Positions 30,401 through 41,245 of a stretch of DNA of 64,000 nucleotides are shown here, piece by piece. The notes under the pieces were generated by a model, which did no database searches, was not told the DNA's origin, and worked only from the letters and a program-made list of their open reading frames with translations. Each line of letters begins with the position of its first letter. Position 1 is the stretch's first letter. The position numbers were made by a program, and so were the translations under genes. Source of the stretch: Hydrogenophilales bacterium (lineage in GTDB: Bacteria > Pseudomonadota > Gammaproteobacteria > Burkholderiales > Thiobacillaceae); contig JADJCP010000004.1 of the NCBI GenBank assembly GCA_016703155.1, forward strand, positions 36,119-100,118, read 5' to 3'.

Positions 30401-30725
30401 TCTGGCCAACCCGGAGCTCGACCGGTTCTTCGACGCGCGCGCCTATGAGCGTGCCAGCAACGAGATGGAATATATCGACGCCGCCGGCCAGCGGCGCCGC
30501 ATCGACCGCCTGGTCGAATTCAAGGATGCCGTCTGGGTGCTCGACTACAAGACCGGAGGTCTCGCCGACCCCGACCTGGAATGCCGCGCCCTGCCGTACC
30601 ACGAGCAACTGCGCGACTACACCGGGGCGATGACGGCGCTCTATCCCGGAAAACCGGTGCGGGCGGGTCTGATCTTCGGCGACGGGCGCTTCTGGGCGCT
30701 GCCGGAGATCCGGTCCAAACCGTAG
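27447..30725 (+). CDS. UvrD/Rep-family helicase with a C-terminal PD-(D/E)xK nuclease (AddA-like)
   Basis: About 1090 aa: Walker A EACAGSGKTWLL, ITFTRKAAEEMRDR, LLDEFQDANPLQW, VGDPKQAIYRFRRA, TIHGAKGLEAPVVF. The C-terminal nuclease motif is RIDRLVEF...VWVLDYKTG. Confidence 0.85.
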   Translation: MRMTFIDTLDPGRNAVVEACAGSGKTWLLVSRMIRLLLAGAQPSELLAITFTRKAAEEMRDRLYRWLADLAAMGEADVLDFLTQRGLSASEARTALPSARRLFESVLEALPGPMITTFHGWFLNLLQRAPMTRRAPANLLEDTGLLLEEAWLTWAESLREPARQAEADALDFLLGELSLDSARKLLFSFVHKRAEWWAWSEGRADPIAENNAAWVALAGIDASEDVVAALFADTTFQDALREFLPLLAGNGTGIKADAERALSLAPLLEKWREIDNPSRHWETLWSIFFTIKGEALIRKSGGTLEKRLGPDGAARFVALHYQLAERLSQVADRLEELRGLRLNRAVLVAGGGFLVRYQALKRERDVLDFTDAEWLARQLLSDPEHADALLAKLDARWKHILLDEFQDANPLQWQIITAWLSAYGADPERPDVFIVGDPKQAIYRFRRAEPRLFAVATEFLRTHFAAEMHRQDETRRCAPRVVAWLNAVFGESADDYPGFNPHRAHRTSLPGHCELIVAPAVLEPEPDIAVYPRNPLTEAAPAKPDKRREEARRVAQRINDVVGHLALVEDGGRPARHADILVLSASRTDVSVFEEAFKAAGISFVSSRRGGLLDTLEVVDLLAVLGFLLMPADNLKLAHALKTPIFGFTDSDLKQIAAKTQPDWYARLADWAVADGAPQHVRRAHQLLHAWRASAGALPPHDLLDRIYHSGEVEARYAASVPDRLRAGVLANLRGFLELSLKFAGGRYPSLSRFLDEVRSLALRGGDDSPDEVPASAGDVVRMLTIHGAKGLEAPVVFLIKADETRREGDHLGVLIDWPPEAAQPTHFSIHGAAGWRGRAREGLFEQERQLAERERLNLLYVAMTRARQALFVSGLETAGEGSWLVRLRAAMPTPAGLPEMAWRDSGLAAADVLADDPPARGREAEPIEPVGCRRPPITEEARFGILVHRYLELVTAGRRAEDIRTLLEADASEFDAVAAIARNCLANPELDRFFDARAYERASNEMEYIDAAGQRRRIDRLVEFKDAVWVLDYKTGGLADPDLECRALPYHEQLRDYTGAMTALYPGKPVRAGLIFGDGRFWALPEIRSKP

Positions 30726-30762
30726 GAGCCGGCTTGCCGGCGATCCAGGCATTCGCCGGCAA
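30722..30762. repeat. REP variant with a GTAG head
   Basis: gtaggagccggcttgccggcgat...attcgccggcaag. The helicase stop TAG (30723-30725) lies inside the GTAG head. Confidence 0.6.
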
Positions 30763-30809
30763 GACGCGCGGTCGCTTCAGACCTGGCGTAAAATGCGCCG
30801 CAACTTACG

Positions 30810-31892
30810 ATGGACGAGACCATGACCGCACTGAAAAACGATACCTTCCTGCGCGCCCTGATGCGCCAGCCCACGGAATACACGCCGCTCTGGCTGATGC
30901 GCCAGGCCGGTCGATACCTTCCGGAATACTGCGCCACGCGGGCGCGCGCCGGCAGCTTCCTGAACTTGTGCAAGAGCCCGGCACTGGCCACGGAAGTGAC
31001 CCTGCAACCGCTGGCGCGCTACAACCTCGACGCCGCCATCCTGTTCTCGGACATCCTCACGGTGCCCGATGCCATGGGCCTGGGCCTGTATTTCGCCGAG
31101 GGCGAAGGTCCGAAATTCGAGCGGCCATTGCGCGAAGAATGGGCGATCCGCGACCTCATCGCCCCGGACCCGCACGACCATCTGCGCTACGTCATCGACG
31201 CCGTCAGCGAAATCCGCAAGGCACTTGACGGCTCGGTGCCGCTGATCGGCTTCTCCGGCAGCCCCTTCACGCTGGCCTGCTACATGGTCGAGGGCGAAGG
31301 CAGCGACACCTACGCCAAGGTCAAGACGCTGATGTATTCGCGGCCCGACCTGATGCATCACATCCTGACGGTGACCACCAAGGCGGTGATTGACTATCTC
31401 AATGCCCAGATCGAAGCCGGCGCGCAAGCCGTCATGGTGTTCGACTCCTGGGGCGGCATGCTCTCCCAGGCGGCCTATCTGGAATTTTCCCTGCCCTACA
31501 TGGCGCGCATCATGGCCGGCCTGAAGCGCGAAAACGACGGCCAGGTCGTACCGCGTATCGTCTTCACCAAGGGTGGCGGCCTGTGGCTGGAACGCATCGC
31601 CGCGTGCGGTGCCGACGCCGTCGGCCTGGACTGGACCATCGAGATCGGCGAAGCGCGTCAGCGCGTTGGCGACAAGGTCGCCCTGCAAGGCAACATGGAC
31701 CCGACCATCCTGCTGACCACGCCCGACGCGATTACCACCGAAGCCAAGCGCATCCTCGCCAGTTACGGCCAGGGCAGCGGCCACATCTTCAACCTGGGCC
31801 ACGGCATCTCCCAGTTCACCCCGCCGGACAACGTCGCGGCGCTGGTCGAGACGGTGCGCGCGGAGAGCCGGCAATATCACGCGGGGGACTGA
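30810..31892 (+). CDS. hemE: Uroporphyrinogen decarboxylase
   Basis: 360 aa: ...[31 protein letters not shown]...[12 protein letters not shown]...NLGHGI. Confidence 0.92.
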   Translation: MDETMTALKNDTFLRALMRQPTEYTPLWLMRQAGRYLPEYCATRARAGSFLNLCKSPALATEVTLQPLARYNLDAAILFSDILTVPDAMGLGLYFAEGEGPKFERPLREEWAIRDLIAPDPHDHLRYVIDAVSEIRKALDGSVPLIGFSGSPFTLACYMVEGEGSDTYAKVKTLMYSRPDLMHHILTVTTKAVIDYLNAQIEAGAQAVMVFDSWGGMLSQAAYLEFSLPYMARIMAGLKRENDGQVVPRIVFTKGGGLWLERIAACGADAVGLDWTIEIGEARQRVGDKVALQGNMDPTILLTTPDAITTEAKRILASYGQGSGHIFNLGHGISQFTPPDNVAALVETVRAESRQYHAGD

Positions 31893-31898
31893 TCGACC

Positions 31899-32342
31899 GT
31901 GACCTGGCGGCGTATCGATGTTCCCCGACATATCTGGTTGGCGTTGGCTGTTTTAGCGGTCGCGCCACCTGCCGGCGCTGAACAGGTTCAATTGAAATTC
32001 GGCCCGCGCGTTTTGTCGGTGGAGGTTGCCGATACCCCCGCCGAGCGCGAGTATGGGCTCATGCGGCGCACTTCCATGCCGGAAAATCAGGGCATGCTGT
32101 TTGTTTTTCCCGCCGACAGCCGGCAATGCATGTGGATGAAGGACACCCTGATCCCGCTTTCGGTCGCCTTCATGGACGCGCGGGGACGCATCGTCAACAT
32201 CGCCGACATGCAGCCGCAAAGCCGGCAAATCCACTGTTCTGCCAGGCCTGTGCGCTATGCACTGGAAATGAATCGCGGTTGGTTCGCGCGTCGCGCCATC
32301 CAGGCGGGCGACATCGCGACCGGGATGGACCGCGCGCGATAA
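31899..32342 (+). CDS. DUF192-family secreted protein
   Basis: 147 aa with a signal-like N-terminus. ...VADTPAEREYGLMRRTSMPENQGMLFVF...MWMKDTLIPLSVAFMD...YALEMNRGWF is typical DUF192. Confidence 0.7.
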   Translation: MTWRRIDVPRHIWLALAVLAVAPPAGAEQVQLKFGPRVLSVEVADTPAEREYGLMRRTSMPENQGMLFVFPADSRQCMWMKDTLIPLSVAFMDARGRIVNIADMQPQSRQIHCSARPVRYALEMNRGWFARRAIQAGDIATGMDRAR

Positions 32343-32353
32343 AGACCCTGTGC

Positions 32354-32408
32354 TGTAGGAGCCCGCTTGCGGGCAATGGGGCGTTATCGCCCGCAAGCGG
32401 GCTCCTAC
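32354..32408. repeat. REP doublet (third full copy of the RAYT-associated family)
   Basis: tgtaggagcccgcttgcgggcaat-ggggcgtt-atcgcccgcaagcgggctcctac. Confidence 0.85.
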
Positions 32409-32416
32409 GTGGATGT

Positions 32417-32454
32417 AAAAACCCCCGTGGATCTCGCGACCCACGGGGGTTTTG
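32417..32454. terminator. Bidirectional rho-independent terminator between convergent genes
   Basis: aaaaa-cccccgtgg-atctcgcgac-ccacggggg-tttt. Confidence 0.8.
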
Positions 32455-32505
32455 TTTGGACACGGAAACTCCGGGCTTGGAAGTTGACCTGCCCCCGAAC
32501 AGCGG

Positions 32506-33012
32506 CTATACGGGCGGCTGATTGCAGGAGAGTATGCAACCGGCGTAGGGCGGTCCGGAGTGATCACCGGGTATCAGATGCGAGCCGGCATGGCACTCAT
32601 CGGCATGTGCGATAGCCGGGATAAAGCCGATCGCCTGCACCGATGTCAAGGTGACCCCGCCGGGCACGGTTGTATCAACATATTGACCTACTCCGGCACA
32701 AGGGACGTTGGCCTGCCCGGACTGCGACCCGATCGTCAGCCCGGTTGCAAAGAAGGCCAGGGTGTCCGAGTTCAGCGTTCCGATGCCTATCCCGAGCGCC
32801 ACCAGCAAGGCGAACAGACCCCGGCCTGACCGCTTGCGCAGATAAGCGAAGGCCGCCAAGCTCAGTACCAGTGCGATCAACGCATTACCCCAAGGACTCA
32901 GCGGTACCGCTACCCCCTGCGAACTCCAGGCGATATCGTAGGACTGCGCGAGCGCACTGCTCGCGGGCGCGCCTGCGAGCAGCCACAAATTCAATTTCAT
33001 GAAACGCTTCAC
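32506..33012 (-). CDS. Secreted protein with a mid-chain IPTL-CTERM-like sorting signal and a Cys-containing C-terminal domain
   Basis: GTG 33012 (5 nt after aaggagg) or ATG 33000. It reads (VKRF)MKLNLWLLAGAPASSALA|QSYDIAWSSQGVA-VPLSPWG-NALIALVLSLAAFAYL-RKRSGR, then a second TM, then ...VPCAGVGQY...ADECHAGS...YAGCILSC. Confidence 0.6.
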   Translation of the reverse strand: MKRFMKLNLWLLAGAPASSALAQSYDIAWSSQGVAVPLSPWGNALIALVLSLAAFAYLRKRSGRGLFALLVALGIGIGTLNSDTLAFFATGLTIGSQSGQANVPCAGVGQYVDTTVPGGVTLTSVQAIGFIPAIAHADECHAGSHLIPGDHSGPPYAGCILSCNQPPV

Positions 33013-33105
33013 CCGAACCTCCTTGTTATATGTAGGGGTTGTCATCGTAATCTTTTGTCTTGCCATGTCAATTGGTATGCCTGTCAATCCCGCTTTCATG
33101 AGGCC

Positions 33106-33131
33106 AAAAAAAGCCCCGCCGAAGCGGGGCT
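33106..33131 (-). terminator. Rho-independent terminator after groEL
   Basis: The minus strand reads agccccgc-ttcg-gcggggct followed by ttttttt. Confidence 0.85.
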
Positions 33132-33153
33132 TGTGGGTGCGACGGCTGACTGC

Positions 33154-34812
<1,659 letters not shown>

Positions 34813-34830
34813 TTACTCCTTGAATTGGTC

Positions 34831-34911
34831 ATTCCCGCGTGGGCGGGAATCCAGTGTTTTTGGGGTCGCTTCCCCGCCTTGGCGGGGAGACGGCGCTCGC
34901 GCTTGAAGCGC
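34831..34911. repeat. Three tandem GC-rich hairpins inserted in the groES-groEL spacer
   Basis: attcccgc-gtg-ggcgggaat (34831-34850), tccccgcc-tt-ggcgggga (34871-34888), cgcgctt-g-aagcgcg (34897-34911). The spacer is 114 nt. The first hairpin plus aatccagtg resembles the head of the island-flanking repeat. Confidence 0.6.
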
Positions 34912-34920
34912 GGTTACGCC

Positions 34921-35211
34921 TTATTTCTCGATCACACCCATGATGTCTTCTTCGCGCATGACCAGGACTTCGTCGCCCTCGATCTTCACGGCTTGGCCGG
35001 CGTACTTGCCGAACAGGACACGGTCGCCGACCTTGACGCCCAAGGCAATGGCATTGCCCTTGTCGTCTTTCTTGCCGGGGCCGACGGCCAGAACTTCACC
35101 CTGGTCCGGCTTCTCGGTGGCGGTGTCGGGGATGACGATACCGGATGCGGTCTTGCGTTCTTCTTCCATGCGCTTGACGATCACACGATCGTGCAACGGG
35201 CGAATCTTCAT
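34921..35211 (-). CDS. groES: Co-chaperonin GroES
   Basis: 96 aa: [29 protein letters not shown]... RBS aggagg. Confidence 0.97.
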   Translation of the reverse strand: MKIRPLHDRVIVKRMEEERKTASGIVIPDTATEKPDQGEVLAVGPGKKDDKGNAIALGVKVGDRVLFGKYAGQAVKIEGDEVLVMREEDIMGVIEK

Positions 35212-35271
35212 TGATTCCTCCTAAAATTCCATGCGTGAGTGGTATAAAAAATGAACAAAGCGACCGGGCTG

Positions 35272-35298
35272 TTAGCACTCGTGTCCTTCGAGTGCTAA
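35272..35298. promoter_or_regulatory. CIRCE operator (HrcA binding site)
   Basis: ttagcactc-gtgtccttc-gagtgctaa is a perfect match to TTAGCACTC-N9-GAGTGCTAA, 61-87 nt upstream of the groES ATG. Confidence 0.9.
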
Positions 35299-35327
35299 TA
35301 ATAGGGTCGTATGTCAGGTATTTCAAG
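35298..35327 (-). promoter_or_regulatory. groESL promoter abutting CIRCE
   Basis: The minus strand reads cTTGAAA-tacctgacatacgaccc-TATTAT, which fits sigma70 (TTGAAA-N17-TATTAT). The same bases also fit sigma32 (CTTGAAA-N14-CCCTATTA). Confidence 0.6.
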
Positions 35328-35419
35328 AGCGGCATGGTGTTCGCTGTCCTCCAGGCCGTCCGTTCACCCCGCGACGATGCGCATTGACAAGCTTGATTAA
35401 TTGGAGAAACCTTGCCGCC

Positions 35420-36934
35420 ATGAACCGGCTTGCCATTCTGGCATTCGCTCTCGTTTACTTATCTGGCGCCACCTCGGGCGCTTTGGCTCAAGCTGGGCCA
35501 CGCTGGGCTAACGAGGTTCTGTATTTTGTCTTGCTGGATCGTTTTGCCGATGGCGATGGCACGAACAATGCGCGTGTCGAGCGGCGCAATCCGGGCGGCT
35601 ATCACGGTGGCGACCTCAAAGGCTTGACCGCGCAACTCGACGAGCTGGCCGATCTCGGCATCAGCGCGATCTGGATCAACCCCGTGCAGAAACAGATGGC
35701 CCAGGGGATGTATGCCCAGGCGCCCGGCAAGCTCGGCGTGCCCGATTTCATCCATTGGGGGTTTCACGGTTACTGGATCGACGATTTCGAGACCATCGAA
35801 CCGCAATTCGGGACGCGCGACGACCTGAAGAATTTTGTCGATGCGGCACACGCGCGCGGTATCAAGGTCTTGCTCGATGTGGTGTACAACCATTCCGGCT
35901 ATAACTCGCCTTACAAGTCCAGGACGACCCCGGGCGGCGAACCCTGGATGCGGCTGGGCGAGGGCAACTGCGAGGTCGATCCGGTGACCTGCGCCGTCGG
36001 CGGTCTGCCCGATTTCCGAACCGAGGTGCCCGAGGTACGTAAATACCTGCTCGATGCCAATATCGGTCTGGCCAAGTATGCCGGTGTCGATGGCTTTCGC
36101 CTCGACACCTACAAGCACGTCGAAAGCGATTTCTGGCGCGAGCATCGCCAGCGGACACGTGGCGAAATCACCCAGGATTTTTTTCTTCTGGCCGAACACT
36201 GGGGCGGCACGGCCAGTTCGCTCGACGAATTCTTCGCGCGCGATGAAGTGGATGCCGGTTTCGACTTCAGCTTCAAGGGCAGTTGCGAGGGCTTCGTCAT
36301 GAATCGCGGTCGGGCCGTGGCCTTCGGGAGTTACCTTGGCAAGCGTCACAAGATCAGGCCGGGTTATGTCGTGGCGCATTACCTGTCCAGCCATGACGAG
36401 CCGATGTCGCTGGCGAACGTGGGTAAAGACAAGGACAAGTTCCGCATCTGCGTCGCCGTGCAGATGACCTCGCTGGGCATGCCCGTCATCTACTATGGCG
36501 AAGAAGTCGCGCGTGGCGGTAGCGAGTGGCCGCTGAACCGCAACGACATGCCCTGGGGCAAGCGCAACATCCTGCCGGGCAAGGGTGTCGCCCGCGACGA
36601 GGATCTGCGTGACTATTACAAGCGTCTGATTCAACTCCGCAAAGCGCATCCCGCGCTGACGCAGGGCGACTATCAGTTGCTGACCGGTCCCCAGGATCCT
36701 GGTCTGGCCTATGTCCGGCACGAAGCGCGAAGCAAGGACAGTGTGCTGGTCATCGCCAACCGCGGCGACACACCGCTGACGGTGGGCCACGTGCTGCCAG
36801 CAACCTGGGCCGGCAATGCCATGACCGACATCGAAAACAAGGAGACCGTCGCGCTTACGGACGGTCGATTCGAGCTAACCGTGACGCCGAAGTCGGCGCG
36901 CATTTTCCTGCCGGCTACTAGGAAGGCCTTCTGA
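35420..36934 (+). CDS. Secreted GH13 alpha-amylase family glycosidase
   Basis: Signal peptide [25 protein letters not shown]13 regions: [40 protein letters not shown]. Confidence 0.85.
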   Translation: MNRLAILAFALVYLSGATSGALAQAGPRWANEVLYFVLLDRFADGDGTNNARVERRNPGGYHGGDLKGLTAQLDELADLGISAIWINPVQKQMAQGMYAQAPGKLGVPDFIHWGFHGYWIDDFETIEPQFGTRDDLKNFVDAAHARGIKVLLDVVYNHSGYNSPYKSRTTPGGEPWMRLGEGNCEVDPVTCAVGGLPDFRTEVPEVRKYLLDANIGLAKYAGVDGFRLDTYKHVESDFWREHRQRTRGEITQDFFLLAEHWGGTASSLDEFFARDEVDAGFDFSFKGSCEGFVMNRGRAVAFGSYLGKRHKIRPGYVVAHYLSSHDEPMSLANVGKDKDKFRICVAVQMTSLGMPVIYYGEEVARGGSEWPLNRNDMPWGKRNILPGKGVARDEDLRDYYKRLIQLRKAHPALTQGDYQLLTGPQDPGLAYVRHEARSKDSVLVIANRGDTPLTVGHVLPATWAGNAMTDIENKETVALTDGRFELTVTPKSARIFLPATRKAF

Positions 36935-38042
36935 TGGCATCGATCCACTTCGACAACATCAACAAAAGCTATGGCGATGTCTCGATCATCAAGAACCTGA
37001 CTTTCGGCGTCAATGACGGCGAGTTCATGGTTTTCGTCGGGCCCAGCGGCTGCGGCAAGTCCACGACGCTGCGCATGATCGCCGGCCTTGAGACCATTAC
37101 CAGCGGCGAGTTGTGGATCGGCGATCGCGTGGTCAACGACGTGCACCCCAAGGATCGCGACATCGCCATGGTGTTCCAGAGCTATGCGCTCTACCCGCAC
37201 ATGAACGTGTTCGACAACATCGCCTTCGGCCTGAAGATCCGGAAGATGCCGCTCGACGATATTCGTCGCAGGGTGAACGAAGCCGCCACCATCCTCGGTC
37301 TGGAATCCCTGCTCGACCGCAAGCCCAAGGCGTTGTCCGGGGGGCAAAGGCAGCGCGTCGCCCTTGGCGGGCCATCGTCCGCAATCCCTCGGTGTTCCTC
37401 TTCGACGAGCCACTGTCGAACCTCGACGCGGAACTGCGCGTGCAGATGCGTTCCGAGATCAGCCAGCTCCAGCGTCGGCTCAACACCACTACGGTCTACG
37501 TCACACACGACCAGATCGAAGCCATGACCATGGGCCACCGTATTGCCGTCATGCGTGCCTGTACTCCGGATCAGGCCAGCAACCTGATGCAGTGCGGCAC
37601 CCCGATGGAATTGTATGACCAGCCGCAAAACATCTTCACGGCGCGCTTTATCGGTACGCCGCGCATGAACATGCTGCCGGCCCGGATCAGCGATGACGGC
37701 CTGATGGTCGAGTGTTTCGACTTGCGCCTGCCTGTGAGTGGCCAGTTCACCGATGCCGCGCTGCGCATGCGCGGCAAGCCGGTCTCGCTCGGCATCCGAC
37801 CCGAGCACATCGGCGTCGCTCACGAGATCGACTGGACGCGGACCTGCACGGTGCGCGGCACCGTCGAACTGCTCGAGCCGCTGGGCCATGAAGTCATCGT
37901 GCACATGCGGCTGAATGGCGAGCCGGTGGTCGGCAGGCTCCGTAGTCACGACAAATTGCCCGTATCCGGCGACGCATTCAGCATGGAAATCAATTGCGAA
38001 GCGATGCATCTGTTCGATCCGTCGAACGAGCAGCGCCTGTGA
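36934..38042 (+). CDS. Sugar ABC transporter ATPase (MalK/UgpC/MsiK type), frame broken near 37366-37372
   Basis: Walker [10 protein letters not shown] and signature [12 protein letters not shown]. The frame then shifts; track ORF 37113..38042 continues [20 protein letters not shown] (Walker B)...[11 protein letters not shown] plus a C-terminal TOBE-like domain. Confidence 0.85.
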
Positions 38043-38080
38043 TGCAGGTGTTTCATACAAATCAATTCAAGGAGACCGCC

Positions 38081-39307
38081 ATGAAGTCGCTCGTTACCGG
38101 ATTGCTCACCTCATTGGCCCTGTCCATGGGCATGCTGTCCACGGCGGCACAGGCGGAGCAACTGAACGTCTGGCACGCCTATCGCGGCGGTGAAAAGGCC
38201 GCGTTCGAAAAGGTCGTCAAGATGTATGAGGCCAAACAAGCGGGCAAGGGCGTCACGGTGAACACCCTGGCGATTCCATACGATGCCTATGCCGACAAGA
38301 TCAGCGCGGCGGTTCCGCGTGGCAAAGGCCCGGATGTCTTCATCTATGCCCAGGACCGCCTGGGCGGTTGGGTCGAGTCCGGCAAGACCGTGGAACCCAT
38401 CGACTTCTTCATCGACAAGCCGACCCGCGAGCAGTTTCGACCCGGCATGGTCGAGGCCATGACCTACAAAGGCTCGGTTTTCGGCTTGCCGATCAACTAC
38501 AAGAGCACCACGCTGATTTACAACAAGGCCCTGGTCAAGGCGCCGCCGAAGACCACCACGGAATTGGTCAAGCTTGCCAAGCAACTCACGCAGAAAGATT
38601 CGGGCCGGTATGGTCTGGCCTACTGGTACACCAACTTCTATTTCCATTCCGCCCTGATGAATGCCTTCGGCGGCAAGGTCTTCGACGCCAGCGGCAAGAT
38701 GGTGCTGAACTCGAAGGAGAGCATCGCCGCCATCAACCAGATGATAAAGTGGTACAAGAAGGACGGCATCATGCCGCCGGAGCCGTCTGAAGCGCTCGTG
38801 GCCTCACTGTTCAACGAAGGCAAGGCGGCCATGGTGTTCAATGGCCCGTGGTTCATCGGCGAGATCTCGCCGAAGATCGATTTCGGTCTGGCCATGCTGC
38901 CTATCGTCGACGAAGCCGGCAAGAAACCCATGCGTCCCTGGCTGACCATCGAGGGTGCCTATGTCTCGGCGGCCTCGAAGCAGAAGGAACTCGCCTACGA
39001 CTTCGCCAAGTTCCTCGCCTCGGAGGAAGCCGGTCTGGTGCTGGCTCTGGAAGGACGGCAACTGCATACCAACAAGCGCATCTACACCGACAAACGGGTC
39101 ATCGGCGACCGGATTCTCAAGGCCTTTCACGACCAGTTGAGCAATGCCGAACCGATGCCCAACCGCGCCGAGATGACCATGGTCTGGTCGCCGGCGACCA
39201 CGGCGATGAACAAGATCACCAAGGGTAGTTCCACGCCCGAGGCCGCGATCAAGGAAGCCTCGGCAACGATTCAGGACAGCATCAACGCGCTCCGCAAAGC
39301 GCGCTGA
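38081..39307 (+). CDS. Extracellular solute-binding protein (maltose/maltodextrin-type, family 1)
   Basis: From ATG 38081 (RBS aaggag): signal peptide MKSLVTGLLTSLALSMGMLSTAAQA, then EQLNVWHAYRGGEKAAFEKVV...GPDVFIYAQDRLGGW... Confidence 0.8.
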   Translation: MKSLVTGLLTSLALSMGMLSTAAQAEQLNVWHAYRGGEKAAFEKVVKMYEAKQAGKGVTVNTLAIPYDAYADKISAAVPRGKGPDVFIYAQDRLGGWVESGKTVEPIDFFIDKPTREQFRPGMVEAMTYKGSVFGLPINYKSTTLIYNKALVKAPPKTTTELVKLAKQLTQKDSGRYGLAYWYTNFYFHSALMNAFGGKVFDASGKMVLNSKESIAAINQMIKWYKKDGIMPPEPSEALVASLFNEGKAAMVFNGPWFIGEISPKIDFGLAMLPIVDEAGKKPMRPWLTIEGAYVSAASKQKELAYDFAKFLASEEAGLVLALEGRQLHTNKRIYTDKRVIGDRILKAFHDQLSNAEPMPNRAEMTMVWSPATTAMNKITKGSSTPEAAIKEASATIQDSINALRKAR

Positions 39308-39327
39308 ACGCCAGGCCGAGGCGCTCC

Positions 39328-41244
39328 GTGTCCCCCTTCCGCTGGCTGGCTTCCTCATATGTCCTGGGCCTGGGCGTGGCGGTGGGCATTACGCTCGCGC
39401 TTTCCGCCTGGCTGTTCGAGGGGGCCGAGCGCGATCAGCGGGTTCAATACGAGCGACGCCTGGCGCAAGTCGAAGCCAATTCGCTGGCCGGGGCCCTGGC
39501 CTCGGCCGCTCCGGAGCGCATCGCCGGCGTGCTCCAGGCGTGGCAGGCGCGCCACCCGGCGCATGAGTCGGCGATCCTCGTCGGCGGCATGGAACTGCTT
39601 GGCTCGACCAAGCCGGAAGACGCCGCGCCGCGCCGCCTCGGGCGTGAAGAAAAGCCCATCTTCGATCTGGCCAATCTGCTGCGCGCCGCCCGCGAAACCA
39701 ATATCGGCGAAGGCGTTGTCCGCAAGAAGCTGGTGAATTTCGACGGCAGCGTCAAGGGCGCGTATGTCGTCACCGTGCCGTACCTCGCCAATAACGAATT
39801 CGCCGGGGTGCTCCAGGTCCGTATCCGACAGGTCGCCGACAAGCGGTCGGCGCCAAGCAGTCTGGGCGGCGTGCCGTTATGGCTGCCCGCGCTGCTGGTG
39901 GCGGTCGCCCTGGGGGCGCTGTTCCGCGCGCGCAGCGATCTGCGTCTGGATCTGCCGCGCCTGCTGCTGTTCGCGGCGTTTCTGGCCCTGACGCTGGCGT
40001 ACCAGTATCAGCGCATGGCGGCCTATGACGCGAGCGATCTTGACGGTGCGCGCCAGGTGGCGAACGCCGTGCGTGAGGCCGTGCTCAGTTATGGCCTGCC
40101 GCCCGAGGGCGCGGCGGCGCCGAGTCCCTGGGATACCGATACCTACTTGCGGCCGCTCGGGGTGGTGCTGGGCGACGGCACACTAAATGAATCCGCGCAT
40201 GGCGCCCTGTTCGCTGAAAAAACACGTTTCTTCGAGCGCAGCCTGTGGGCCGCCGAGGTGCTCGGGCTGGTGATGCTGCTGGCCTTCCTGTTCGGTTACA
40301 TGCGCCGGCTGGGCGCTACTTTGCGCGAGCATGCCGATGCGTATGCTTATGTCACACCGGCGATGCTGGGCATGCTGGTCCTGGTGTTTTTCCCGTTTCT
40401 CTACGGCATCACCCTGGCGTTCACCGATACCACGCTGTTCAATGAATCGCTGCCTTTCGCCGAACGCTGGATCGGCTGGGACAACTTCGTCACCATTCTG
40501 GGCGACTTCAATCTTTACGAGCGCGGCCCCGAAGGTTTGATCTGGAACTACCAGAATTTCTACTGGACCCTCATGGTGACGATCGTCTGGACGTTGACCA
40601 ACGTCGCCATCGGTGTCTCGCTGGGCTTCATCCTGGCGCTCATCCTCAACACCGAAGACCTCAAGGGCAAGGCCATATACCGAGTCATACTGATCCTGCC
40701 CTGGGCTATCCCGAACTACATCACGGCCCTGGTCTGGCGCGGCATGTTCCATCCCCAGTTCGGGGTCATCAACCAGGTCTTGCAGATGTTCGGCATGGCC
40801 CCCGTGGCCTGGTTCGACGGCGTTGTCAGCTCGTTCCTGACGGGGCTGACGACCAACGGCTGGCTGAGTTTTCCGTTCATGATGGTGGTCATACTGGGTG
40901 CCCTGCAATCGATCCCCAAGGATATGTACGAGGCCGCCGAGGTCGAGGGCGCCACCCGCTGGCAGCGGTTGCGCCACATTACCCTGCCGCTGCTCCGGCC
41001 GACGCTGATCCCGGCCATCGTGCTTTCGGTGGTGTGGACCTTCAACATGTTCAACATCATCTTCCTGGTATCCGGCGGCGAGCCGGCCGGCGCCAACGAG
41101 ATCCTGATCACCAAGGCCTACAAGATCGCCTTCGAGAATTATCAGTACGCCTACGCCGCCGCCTATTCGACGGTGATCTTTGTCATCCTGCTGGTCTATG
41201 GCGTGTTCCAGACGCGCGTGACCAAGGCCACGGAGTCTTTCTGA
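39328..41244 (+). CDS. MalF-like ABC permease with a ~340-aa N-terminal extension
   Basis: 638 aa. The permease core starts at about aa 345 (YVTPAMLGMLVLVFFPFLYGITLAFTD...) and has the EAA loop EAAEVEGATRWQRLRHITLP. The N-terminal third has extra TM segments and a soluble domain of no family I recognise. Confidence 0.8.
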   Translation: MSPFRWLASSYVLGLGVAVGITLALSAWLFEGAERDQRVQYERRLAQVEANSLAGALASAAPERIAGVLQAWQARHPAHESAILVGGMELLGSTKPEDAAPRRLGREEKPIFDLANLLRAARETNIGEGVVRKKLVNFDGSVKGAYVVTVPYLANNEFAGVLQVRIRQVADKRSAPSSLGGVPLWLPALLVAVALGALFRARSDLRLDLPRLLLFAAFLALTLAYQYQRMAAYDASDLDGARQVANAVREAVLSYGLPPEGAAAPSPWDTDTYLRPLGVVLGDGTLNESAHGALFAEKTRFFERSLWAAEVLGLVMLLAFLFGYMRRLGATLREHADAYAYVTPAMLGMLVLVFFPFLYGITLAFTDTTLFNESLPFAERWIGWDNFVTILGDFNLYERGPEGLIWNYQNFYWTLMVTIVWTLTNVAIGVSLGFILALILNTEDLKGKAIYRVILILPWAIPNYITALVWRGMFHPQFGVINQVLQMFGMAPVAWFDGVVSSFLTGLTTNGWLSFPFMMVVILGALQSIPKDMYEAAEVEGATRWQRLRHITLPLLRPTLIPAIVLSVVWTFNMFNIIFLVSGGEPAGANEILITKAYKIAFENYQYAYAAAYSTVIFVILLVYGVFQTRVTKATESF

Positions 41245-41245
41245 C

